From the NCBI GenBank assembly GCA_050575255.1, contig JBNZDD010013714.1, positions 5,749,817-5,813,816 of the forward strand: DNA of 64,000 bases, in the 5' to 3' direction. The translations under genes and the position numbers were made by a program. Shown here piece after piece: positions 52,391-64,000 of the stretch (position 1 is its first letter; every line of letters begins with the position of its first letter). A model generated the notes under the pieces. That model saw only the letters and a list, made by a program, of their open reading frames with translations. It was not told where the DNA came from and did no database searches. This DNA is from Harriotta raleighana (Eukaryota).

Positions 52391-55300
52391 TTGAGACAGT
52401 ATCATGAACCATTTGAAAGATAAATTTCCCATTGAAGTTGACATTTTTCCACATTATATGCAGATAGTACTTCAGGGTATTAGAATGACTGATGTGTCAC
52501 GACTTACAAGGACAACTGAATTCACCGCATTATATCGGAGACGTAGAATCCAGACATCCAAGGTCAAGACAACAACAAAATTACATTTATAGAACATCTT
52601 TCACATCGGGAGGATGTCCCAAGGTGCTGAAAGAAAGTCCATTTTGAATTGCGAATCTAACTTTGAACTTTTTAATTTCATAGAATTGGATGTTTTCCTG
52701 TTGACTAAGAATCCTGAAACATTCGGATTGAGGTTCAGGTTAGTGTATGGTTATGATCCCACATTGCCAAAGGCAGTTGGTATAAAGCCGATTGGAACTT
52801 CATCCCATATGTATTCACATTGGTGTCCATTGGCGTTAGTTGACTGAACTACTGTGTTACAGAAAGGCTAAATTGAAATCTTTGTATGTTATCTCCGCAG
52901 GTGGTCTACCCGCATCTTCACCTTTGAAGATCTATATATTTGCTCTCTCAGATCTCTCTGTTCCTTGAGATTGGCAATTAGATGAACCAGTTGCATTATG
53001 CTTGAAACCAATTTCATTTAATCAGGCTGCTCTCCAGCGTTTGACATTTTTATTTGGCCTTGAAAGGCTTGATCTTCGCTTCTTAGGCATCTTTATTCTT
53101 TAAGATTAAGAAAAGGTACTATGGAATTCATTAATAATGATCATTGCATTTGATATAGCGCTTTTCACATCTTCTAGATGTCTCAAAGCACTTTACAGAA
53201 TATACTATATCAGCATCCCTTGTTCACATATCTGCACACATATCCTTTTGGGAAGACACTTGGTTGGGAGGATTCCTGGTTGGGAGGAGTGGAAGGTTGG
53301 ACTCCCAGTGCCTTGAGACATCTTACGGATGTGAAAGGTGCTCTATAAATGGAATTTGTTGTTGTAGTTGACTCCTTTTTGGAGTCCATACATGTGTGAT
53401 GAGCTTGTTTAGGTCACATTAGGAGATTTCCCCCCCACCACCAAAATATTCTCATGACATTCCCCCATGCAAGACCTTTTTGATGAAAAAATCGTGTCTC
53501 TACATCAAGTGATTATTGCATTATTGACAGGGAGTCAAAACAGACACAGAGACATTTCATCTTTATTAATACTGTATAAGTAAATATACCATTTAAGGCA
53601 TACCTAAACTGTTTCTTACCCAGAAGCAGATCCAGCAGTGCACTTTTGTCATATCTAGTCAACCCTGTGAAGATTAAAGTGTTTCATAATTTCCAACTCT
53701 TATTAGTGTTGAAATTTTTTTAGAATGTTTCTAAACTTGATCCACACGGACTCTTCCTGAACTTCATCTTCTATACTGCCTTCCTTACTATTCCTCTGAT
53801 CTTATCCTTAATTAATAAACCCACTACTTCTCCTTTTGCTCATATTAATCTGTCTTGAAAATTCTGTAACTGGCAATATCTGGTTTTCATATCCTTCCTT
53901 GTCTGAAGGAAGCCAACTTTCTGTCAAATGTATGATATTTTATCTTTCAATTTTAATTTGTGCCTCTAGTTCCCTAACTTTATTCTGAATGCTTTGACCA
54001 TTTACATATGTGAGTGTTGACATCCAGGCTACCTGACAGCTGGGCAGTGCAGTGGAAAAAATGACTCCTTGCCAACATTGCAAAACTATTTGTTGAGGAG
54101 GTCCCAAGCAAGTTCTTGTGTATACTGCAGGTGACCATAGAGTGACCTGTTCTGGTAGGGAGCTTGTCCACCAAACAATCAAACAAGGCAGGAAATGGTG
54201 GCGTTATATTATGGCAACATGAACCATATTGCCTCGGAAAACTTTGCAGGCAGACTGAACTCAATTTGAAAAATGAACTGAGGTAAAATATTGATATTAC
54301 TGTCTAGTGGGACCAGACCATTTGTCTGTGCATTGGAGAAAGTTGAAATTAATAATGGGATAAAAAGAAAAGTCCATGATAGAACAGAGAATAAAATAGT
54401 ACAGTACATTGAAAATGTACAAGCAGTCGAGCAACATCTGAAAGAACAAATCGATTAATATTTAGGATATGACATCAGGTGTATTCCAATGAGGGGATCA
54501 CACTTGAACTGTTAACCCATCCTCTTAAAATCCAAACAACCTGCTCTGCATTGCCAACATTTAAGAACTGGAAATGTGCCTGCATATGATCAGGTGGTCT
54601 ATATAATATTGCGTGTTTTCCTTTCGCATAATGGTTGATAAAGTGTCTAGGTTATAAATGGAGTCTTTGCAGTAAATCACAACAACATTTGTCTCCTCAT
54701 GCACTGCAGGCTTGTTTCTCAGGATATATATCATGTGACAGCTTCTGAGATGAACTTGCTACAAAGTTTTAGGATATCTCGATACGGTTAAAAGTATTAT
54801 TTGGTGGGTGAAATACAATCAAGATTCAGATTTCTCACGCTTTTGGCTCCCACATAACTTAACAGCTTAAACTCCCACATGGATTCAGTTGTTCAATACA
54901 GGATTAGTGGGAGTTCTGTTGTCTTATTCTATAGGGGGTAAAAGATAGGCCAGAGCATAGTAGCCCATCGCAGCTCAGAATGTTTTGAACTGTTCAAGTC
55001 CGATTCTTATATGAAGCTTTCAAGCCTTGTCATTCATCTTACCATTAAAAAGACAGTGGTTTGACTGGTACTCCCCCCCCCCTCCTTTGCTAAGCAAGAG
55101 CTTGCTAACAGTCCGTGTCACTTGCATGAAAGATGCAGACGCCACGCCTATTGTCAACAGGACTATTGTCTGCTAATTGTTCTTGCCATCTCCCAATGCT
55201 TGGCTCATGCCATTGGATCTGGGCTGTTAAGATTTTTGCAAGTAGGTGGTTATAGATTTTGCTGCAACAGCAGCTGGGTAGAGCTAACAGTATTCAGCTG

Positions 55301-56904
55301 CCAACTCTGGGTACAATGAATGGATGCTACCCTGCTGACTTCCAACAGTGATCCTTCACCAGTAAATAAGTCCTTGAAAGCCTACTAAACAGGAGCAATT
55401 GATAATTGGCACATACAAATAAAATCTAACTTTTTATTTCAATGTGCCAGGGTAATCTTCTGTAACAGATTTTCACAGTGTTCTGGGCACATTAGTGTTG
55501 ACATATAATATAATGTACATATTATGTATGACATGGACATATGATAGTAATGATAATTATCCTTAGATTTGATAGAGCGCCTTATGGTTTAGTTGAGACA
55601 TCTCAAAGCGCTTCCCAGAGTATTTCTGTGAAGTGTGGTGACTGTGTATTTGTAGGTGAATGTGGTCAGCTGAATTGGATGCAACAATCAGCCCACACAC
55701 TGGTTATCTCACAAATAGCCCTGAAGCGAATTACCAATTTTATTTCAGGCAACTGTTAGACATGATAAAAAAAGAAAAAGTACTAGGAAGGGCTTAAAAT
55801 TAGAACCAATTCAGATTGTTGAATTGCCAACTCCAATCAACAAGTGTGTGAGAGCCTAGTAGGCACTCCAAACATGATTGCTTCTAATTCCAGTCAGACG
55901 TTCAGGAATTTTACCTTATCTGTTGCCCTTCTTGGAACTTAAGTTGTCATGTTTTTCACTATTACCCGAGTGTAAGGAAATCAGCCAACTGAAGTGATTT
56001 TACTGCTGAGGACTAGAAATTTATAGTTTTGTTAAACACTTCAGGTAACTAAATAAAAAGAACATGTTTAATGCTGAATGTAAAATCTATTGTGATGTGA
56101 TTGGCAGGCAGACATGGGTCTTCCAGTCCGATGCTGTTTCCCTGGCATTGTTGAGATTCATTGCTTAACCAGATAAGCTCCCTACTGTTTGACACTGAAC
56201 CTGACCTAGGTGACCTTGAATTGCGATGCCCTATTTGATTTCCAATCTGTTTTTGATTGGATTGGGGGTGGGGGGCTGCTGGAATGAAGAGATTGTTTTT
56301 CAATTCTTTGGATTCAATTTAAAGAAAATTGTAAACTGGCGAATCTTAATTTAGATTTGAGAAATAAAGATTTTTTTAAAAATGTGTTGCTGGCAAGAAT
56401 GCGTTGGAATACTGATGCATTCAGAGAAAGGATATAATATAAATTAACAAGTCATTTTTGTGCCTCTTCTATGATTTCGATAATTTTGTCAGTGCTAACA
56501 CTGGATTTTGGACTGATATCTTTGCAAATCTAGCCTTAGAAAGTGACAAAAAGTTTCCAGTAAAAGTCTAAGCAACCATTCATACAGGCACAGAAATGCC
56601 ATTTCTAAGTAATAGCTTCATGACATTTTCACTTAACACTGGTGGTGGTGTAACTATTTGCTTCCATCTTTATACAGTTTGTTCAATTTTCCTTTATTAT
56701 TTAATCAGCTCAAAATCCTACAGGAAAAGTGTAGGAGTTACTTTTTCTAACAAAAAATTCAGGTTTGGTTAAATTAACTTTGGGACTTCTGTGATCCACA
56801 TATCTGAGCTTTATAGAAATAAATATTTGCCATAGTCCATCCACTGAGAACTCAGTGTTCAATATTCAAGTTTTGTGTTAGAACTGCTTTAGATCTTCAA
56901 GATC

Positions 56905-57200
56905 GTCTCACATGTGTTCAAATACCTTCACTCTGTTGAAACCTCCCTACTTCTCCGACCTCCTCACTCCCCAATCCGCCACCCGCTGCTTCCACGTGAC
57001 TGGCACCGGCCTCCCACTCATCCCTCGCACTCTCTGCCCCACCGTCAGAGGTTGCGCTTTCAGCCACTATGCCCTGGAACTCTGGAACACTTTCCTCCAA
57101 TCCCTCTGCCTTATCTGCTCTTTCTTCTTTTTCCCATTTGCAAACATTCCTCTACGACCGTACATATAGCCCCCTTTCCCGTGAAGGGTGTTATGTAAGT
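56905..57200 (+). mobile_element. L2-clade LINE 3' fragment
   Basis: PPYFSDLLTP...LPLIPRT...RGCAFSHYALELWNT; homologous to the fragment at 28975. Confidence 0.8.
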
Positions 57201-59213
57201 GCATGGTATTGTTTAGAGAAAGCATTGCGTCTTGAAATTCATCTCCGATTCAGATCAAGCTTTGACTAACAAGAACATCAGCATAAAACAAGTCATGATT
57301 TTTTGTGTGCTGTGCTTACTGCCAATCCTATCAGTCTCTCCTGTTGATCTGTGGAGCTCCAGATTCTGAGCTCCAAACTAGATCCAATTGAGAAATATAA
57401 TAATACTCCTTACATTTGATGTAGCGTTTTTCACATCTTCTAGACATCTCAAAGAGCTTTACAGAATGGACTATAAAGTGAATTGACTGTATATTTGTAG
57501 GCCAAAATGATTTCTAACAGTAGGAGAGGAAAAGATGTTTGAAGGTGCTTTGTGTTCCATGGGGATTTGCTATGTGTAACTTGGGACTTATAGCAGGAAG
57601 GTGAGCAAGTCATTTAGCAATTTAATCCATAGCACTTACAATATTAAAAAGAAGCAATTCCTTCCCCACAGCTACCACATGTCAAAGGCTTTCACAGAAC
57701 TTGAAGGCTTTACTACAATGCTGTCACAACAAGCAAAACCAAATTGTATTATCTGAAAGTTTCAGATGCCGAGGTACAGAAAACCCGTTGCAAGGGAAGA
57801 AACCTACTGGGTAATTTGCAGCATTTCATAACCTGCTTTTTGTGATAATTATCACAAGGAACACATTATAAAACATGGGAAATTTAATCCCATTATTTTT
57901 TGTGTAAAATGTTCCAAGCCAATGCCTGTAATTTACTGACAGAATAAATCTTCTTCTAATTGATTAAGGCTGGGATTCTGTTTCTTGGGGGTATGATTGT
58001 AATCCAATGATTGTACCTGTCTGGCAGTAAAATGATACAGATGCAGTTACACTGGTGGAATAAAGTCCGTGGCTGGTTAGAATTTCCATGGCTAATTTTC
58101 ACAACTGTTTATAATTGGCAGTGATAATGAAAAGGTAACTTTAACATTGTACTGTAATTTTAAATGCTTTCTTCTTATGTTCACAGCTGCAATCCTGTTT
58201 GTTGTAAGAAGCTGAGCTGTTTGTCTGTACAGCATTTTGTGTGGGAAGGTTTATAAAAACATTGAAAGTGTCTCCATGCAGTCTGCATATTGCTCCTGGC
58301 CTAGCCATTTCCTCTGCTTGCTTGTGTATAAATGATATGATACTGCAACTGAAAGAACAGCAGGGATAAATGTAACGGTTCATTACTGGCTCTAAGCCCT
58401 TACCACCAGGGATAAATTCTTACCACTTGCCCACTGCAAAAGAACAGCTCTAAATGGGCAGAAACTTTAAACAAATATAAGTTTTACATGTGTCTGGAGA
58501 TTAAGTTCTTCGACCTTGACAAGCAGGATTATTTTATAAAAAATCATTAAGCACCAACATCGCTGTTTAAAACCTGTTCATTCCCATCTGGTTTCTTAAT
58601 GATGTATTCATTATGCACTGGTGGGCTGTGAATGTTATGGGAAATGAAGGCTACCTACAGTGGTATGATACAATTAGTATGAATGCAGTGCTATCTTTTT
58701 AACAGCAGATTTTTAGCTTTTGAAATCTCAAAGGTCTTTTTTTTCAGGTATAAGCTAATTGTTCTTTGTTATGGTGCAATGATGAGGAAAGGATTTCATC
58801 CATAATAATATAATAATCAGGTTACCTGTCAGAATATAAACCCTGTGCTGTTCTTCAACACTTGCTTTGTGAACGGAACCAACACATGAGAAACCAAAAC
58901 AGACTTCTTACCCTGGATATTTATTTATAGAGTATTTCAAAATGATGTACAGTATTTCTTTCACATTCCCTTGTGCCTATTTTTGTGGAATATTAGCCTG
59001 CACTGTTTAAGTAGAGCATGTGAATATAATAATAAGAATTATCCTTATATTTGGTTCTGCACGTTTCACATCAGAAGAATGTCCCAAAGTGTTTCACAGG
59101 ATTATACTTGGGGCTTCTGGTTTTCAGAGTTTATATATTTTTTTTACCAATTATTAGTCATTAATCGTGCTTTTTGGGGGACTTTTATTACTATACTGAG
59201 AAGGCACGGAGAG

Positions 59214-59385
59214 ATAATAATAATAATCCTGCATTTCATATAGCGCCTTATCACGCATTCGAGATGTGTCAAAGTGCTTCACAGAATATACTATAAAGTG
59301 AATATTTTGTGGGCAAAATGTGGCTGCCAATTACGCACAGCATCAATTGTCATGGATTGAGTGAACAAATTATTATTATTTTATT
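59214..59385 (-). mobile_element. 3' part of the SINE in reverse (similar - fragments near 2611, 16645, 21213, 45028, 45470, 53136, 55545, 57397, 63254)
   Basis: (aat)n cctgcatttcatatagcgcc...cttcacagaatatact...tttgtgggc is the reverse complement of the SINE 3' end. Confidence 0.8.
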
Positions 59386-59435
59386 GTGCCTCCCTCCTCC
59401 CAAACATTTCAGCAGACGCAAATGTGAATACGGAG

Positions 59436-59515
59436 GAGAGAGAGAGAGAGGTGGACAGTGACGCATGCCCATTCGGCTCACCAGAACACTGCTGAGAGAG
59501 AGAGAGAGAGAGAGA
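59436..59515. repeat. Two (GA)n tracts
   Basis: Direct reading. Confidence 0.9.
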
Positions 59516-62500
59516 AAGAAAACCTCACTCAGGAGATCACTCTTAAATATGTTTTTTCGGTCTTTATTGGATAAAAATTTTATTTTTATTTTTTTGTAAT
59601 AGGGAGTGGTTTTCTCTTTTTTTTATCAGTAAAACTAGAAATCAGAAGCATTTACTGGAATATGGTAACTGTGTGTTTTGTGACAAATGGTTCCTCTTGC
59701 AGAATTATAAAGTTTATTTTGTTTCAGCTAACGTCTAACTAGTGAACTTCTTTGCCTAATTTCTTGACTTTTAAAGTTTTAACTGAAGAGATTTACCGTG
59801 ATCTCACTGCAACTCAAAGTCTTGAGGCATGCACTAATATTAATATTTCAGATTAACACGGGACATGTGATCACCAGTGCTATGTATCACATCACAACCC
59901 TGTTTCTCACTTACTCCATTTCCCCTCACTGTATAAATAAATGTAAATGCAATCGTTCTCGCACTTCTTTCTAATTCTCGTACTGGCAAGGATTTCATCT
60001 GCAAAAATGGTTTTGATTTTACCCCACAGAAAGAATCAGGAGTAGTCACTAGCACACAAAGCAACCAGCTGGGAGCTTCTGACATTAATAAATAGGAATA
60101 TAGGCAGTTGACATTTTCGAGAGCTGGAGTAACCATGGAACCAACTAATACGGGTGCTGGGTTCCAAGCGCATTTACAAATAATAAAAAGTGATGCAACC
60201 TTTTGTGGTGTTTACCGACGGTTATTAACCAGTTCCAAGAAATGCAGACAATTTGCTCTTTCATTTCCGCAGTTGCTTTGTTGTTCACCTACTTTCCCAA
60301 ATAAGTCTCTCACTTTGTCTCGTGGGGCCTCATCTGGCTAAGAAGCATGCAATTACTGAAATGGATTAGACATCTGTGAATAACAAATTTGCTCACACTA
60401 TCAACTGCACCATTTAATTGGACAAAACTGTTTGTGGCTACAATTAAATACTGGCTACCCCCACCCCTCCGCACCACCCCATTGTACGTAGAATCACAAC
60501 AGAGATTAACACTTTACACATGAATATTATATCACCTGTGGTGCAGTATTGCCTATTTGTGAAAATATATATTTTTAAAGAAATATGACCTTCTTCGTTA
60601 TAACTCAAATAGTGAGCTCTGGAAAGCTATTCAGAAATAAACTTTGACCTAAAGATTAGTTAGCTATATTGAGTAGTTAATTTGGCATTTCATTTGGTTT
60701 TGTTTAGTAAAGGCCTTGCTGAATCATCATCTATTTGGAAAATGATAAAGTTGTGCTCCCAAGATCAGACTTATCCTAACTTTTATCCAAAGACCATTTC
60801 CTAAAAGCATTTTTTAATAATTTATTTTCACCTCGTAAAATTACAAAGAGCACCAATTTTGCATAATTTCCAGGTTCTGAAATGGTCAAGGGATAATAAT
60901 ATTTTGACCATAATTGCAAATTTTGGATGCTTCAACATATTCAATGGAACTCCACTCGACCACTTGCACACTGTTCAATCTCTAAAGTTGTCTTATATTG
61001 TTAAAATGATGGTGCACAATATTGGCCACCTCATCCCGGAGATAGACATTCCCTCAGTAATTCAGAGCTGTGTTGCTGCTGACCTTGCAACCCTTTGGTC
61101 TGAAATACGAACACATTTTCTGCTGTTGAATAAAATAGGACCACGATTGCAGAAATTTTTATAAATAAGATGTTTTAACTCATAGCTCCCTTCCATTTTT
61201 TTCTCTACATTGTTATAGAATTAACATATAGAATAAGAAGTATTTCTTTGCTGTTTTTATATTTAAATTTTGGAATTTACTTAACGTAAAACAAGAGTTA
61301 CCCATTTAAAGGAAAGGTTTGCGATTTGAGTCACATTTCCAGCCGTTTACAGCTATATTCATATTCAACTCCCTCCAAACAACATCAAGGAGCATCAGGA
61401 TGGTCTAGTACAAGTGGTAGATATAAGCAAAATGAGTGATTACTAGAATTACCAACAGATTATTTCAACACCTTAGAAAATGTTTTTGTAAACAATGTAG
61501 AAGTTTACTGATGAGGCTAATTTGTTACTGGTTACTTCATGGTGTTTTACAATCAGTGCAATAGAAGGGGAAACATTACATTTAGAATTTAAGCAAGTAA
61601 TTTGTTCAAAAGCTTTATCAGACCACATTTGGTTTGCAAAGGCATTCATAAAAGGGCTTTTGTGGCAATTTAAAAGCAAATCACAACCATAATTCAATAG
61701 TGCCATTTTTACAATGACAACTGCTGCATTTGGGACAACATTTAAAGCAGCTATCACCTTCAATTCATTTCCCTAACAGGATCTTGTCTATAAACCATCC
61801 AGCCTATTAAATATAATGACACTGTTCATTTATCAAGTATGTTGTGGATTACGCTGAAATAAATTCTAAATTTAGTGGTTTCAATAGAAGCCTATTATTT
61901 AGTTTTATTTTGAGTGGAGCTGAACACAAGTTGAATGTTTTTTTAATCAAATATAATTGACTGAAAGATTGGCCACTGAAGCCACACAATGAATGCTTCA
62001 TTCTTTTCAAATTCCACTGTAATGTAAACAGGTATAGAGCCTAATACCAGAGGCTCCATGGCAAGTCATTTACAAGAGTATCCTTGCACTTCTCTAGCCA
62101 ATTTTGGTTGTATTGGGACTTGACCTATTGCTAAATGTTTTTTAAAGATATGTATCATATTGAACTAGGTTAATTTGTTGAAATTATCCATACTCTCATG
62201 AAGTGTTCAGATATTTTGTAAGTCTGAAACTCTTGCAACTGTCTCCCTTCCATTCCATGTGGACTAACACTGAAGTATTGATAAGGAAAGAGGCTGCTTT
62301 ACAAATTGATCACATTAAAGGGTTATCTCGCTTTAAGCAGATCTCTGACTTCTAACCTGAAGGTGAACTGATATCCTTCTAATTAGCAATAGGTCCCTGT
62401 CGGAGCCTGAGAATGATTGGAGACTTTGGCATGTATAAAGTATTGGTAGATGATTCCCATCAGATGAATCACTGCTTGGTACGATTCACTCATTGAAAGG

Positions 62501-63562
62501 AAGGGGCTTATAGCTCATTAGGGATAAAGGGAGCGAGTTTCATGTAACTAGGCAACTGTAGGCTGAAGATTTTAACATGGATATTGCTGATGATAGATGG
62601 TGCCACATCTCCAAAACATTCTTGATTTGAGTATTAATGCAAAGCTCTATCTCATCTAGATGAATGTGTTTAATTGTGTGCTCTGCACTTTGATAAATCT
62701 ATTTGGGGCAGGGGCGAATGAAAAGAGCCTTTGTTGGAGATGTGGTCAGGTGGTGGCATTCCAGTGTAAACCATAAGGGGGATATCATGGAGGTGACAGG
62801 AATTCTTGGATTTCTCACCTAAATTGTTGAGATGAGTAAAATTCATGCATCTCGAGCCGATCGAAGGTTAATTTCTTTCAAGATCTGATCATATTGTATG
62901 CATCATGTTTACAAAGTCATGATGTAATGCACTAATTAGTCAATGTCCTGATGTACATGGTTAAATCTCTGTTTATCTAGTGGTGATCAATCCACAGTTC
63001 GCAGGCCAAAAGTGGCTCACATGACTGTCAAGACGTAGACCTGCCGAAATTCGCACTACGCAGGTAAATCTGTACAGGTAAATCAATATTTTGTTCCCAA
63101 TATCTACTACATCATGATATTTATTGTGTGGCCATGAATCAAGTAATATTCAATCAAAGAAATTCAACCAAAAAGGTTACCCACCACTGACTAGACTGAT
63201 CAGCCGGAATTTCTCTCAGATAGGAGAAATTCTTCTATCAGTTTTTATAGTAAATAATAATTATTCTTGCATTTAATAGAGCTCCTTTTCTTGAGGTTGA
63301 GACGTCTCAAAGAGCTTCACGGAATATACTAAAGCGGATTGACTATTTTTTGGGGGCAAAATGCAGTGTTTACAAGGAATACACTTCAGGTTGAGAGTAT
63401 TGTTCTTCTCTCTTTACCCTTGTTGCCAAACACATTGCATATCTGCTATTGCAGATGGGTCATCTCAGAATTATAGCAATAACAAATCTCCTGTCAACAA
63501 TGGAAAGTAAAGAATACTGCTTTATCCATATTTATCCTGATAATACCAGCTCAGCGGCAGAC

Positions 63563-63845
63563 AGTGGCAAATCGGAACATTTGTGACTGTCACGAACGAT
63601 CATTTGATTTGTGTCAATTATTATAACGCATGCTATCCCCTCCAATTAATCTGTTAACGTTTACCATAACATACTCATAATGGTACGGACTTGTTGATAG
63701 CAANAGTGGCAAATCGGAACATTTGTGACTGTCACGAACGATCATTTGATTTGTGTCAATTATTATAACACATGCTATCCCCTCCAATTAATCTATTAAC
63801 GTTTACCATAACATACTCATAATGGTACGGACTTGTTGATAGCAA
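63563..63845. repeat. 141-bp tandem duplication separated by a single N (63704). Probable assembly or haplotype overlap
   Basis: 63563-63703 vs 63705-63845, two G/A differences seen. Confidence 0.9.
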
Positions 63846-64000
63846 TCATTGTGTTTCTGTGGTGCAAACAGGAATGCTCAGTACATCCTGGGGGAAGTCT
63901 CACATAATACATTACTTAGTTATCCTTTGGAAACAACAGTTTTTTGAAACCTTTGTCATTTAGCATTTTGTATGTCTATATGTATTTTGGATACACCTAC

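Noticed and set aside
63563-63845. 141-bp direct repeat as a biological tandem element
   Set aside because: It is centred on a single N with two SNP-like differences, consistent with haplotype overlap at a contig join.
52400-64000. Short ORFs downstream of TOX3 as a further gene
   Set aside because: No recognisable protein similarity or consistent exon chain apart from LINE remnants. Small or non-coding exons cannot be excluded.

Overview
AT-rich vertebrate genomic DNA. The SINE/L2 repeat content suggests a cartilaginous fish (elephant-shark-like); this is an inference. The window holds one protein-coding gene on the + strand, the HMG-box factor TOX3, from exon 2 to its 3' end; exon 1 was not found and probably lies upstream. 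I reconstructed eight coding exons by hand (20157-20222, 28019-28270, 39516-39785, 40633-40860, 41276-41356, 44020-44904, 49381-49556, 51241-51301), giving 672 aa within the window. The main finding is that two downstream exons missed by the ORF track splice in frame onto the polyQ exon and encode a complete TOX4-type Cys/His C-terminal module (CMRTGC...[27 protein letters not shown]), which mammalian TOX3 lacks. Other oddities: a GC-AG intron, an HMG-box exon that begins with GTAAGT (recursive-splice configuration), a 33-bp inverted repeat next to the GC donor, and a TA-flanked MITE. Three duplications centred on a single N look like assembly artefacts, one inside the polyQ tract. Paralogue and repeat-family comparisons are from memory; no searches were run.
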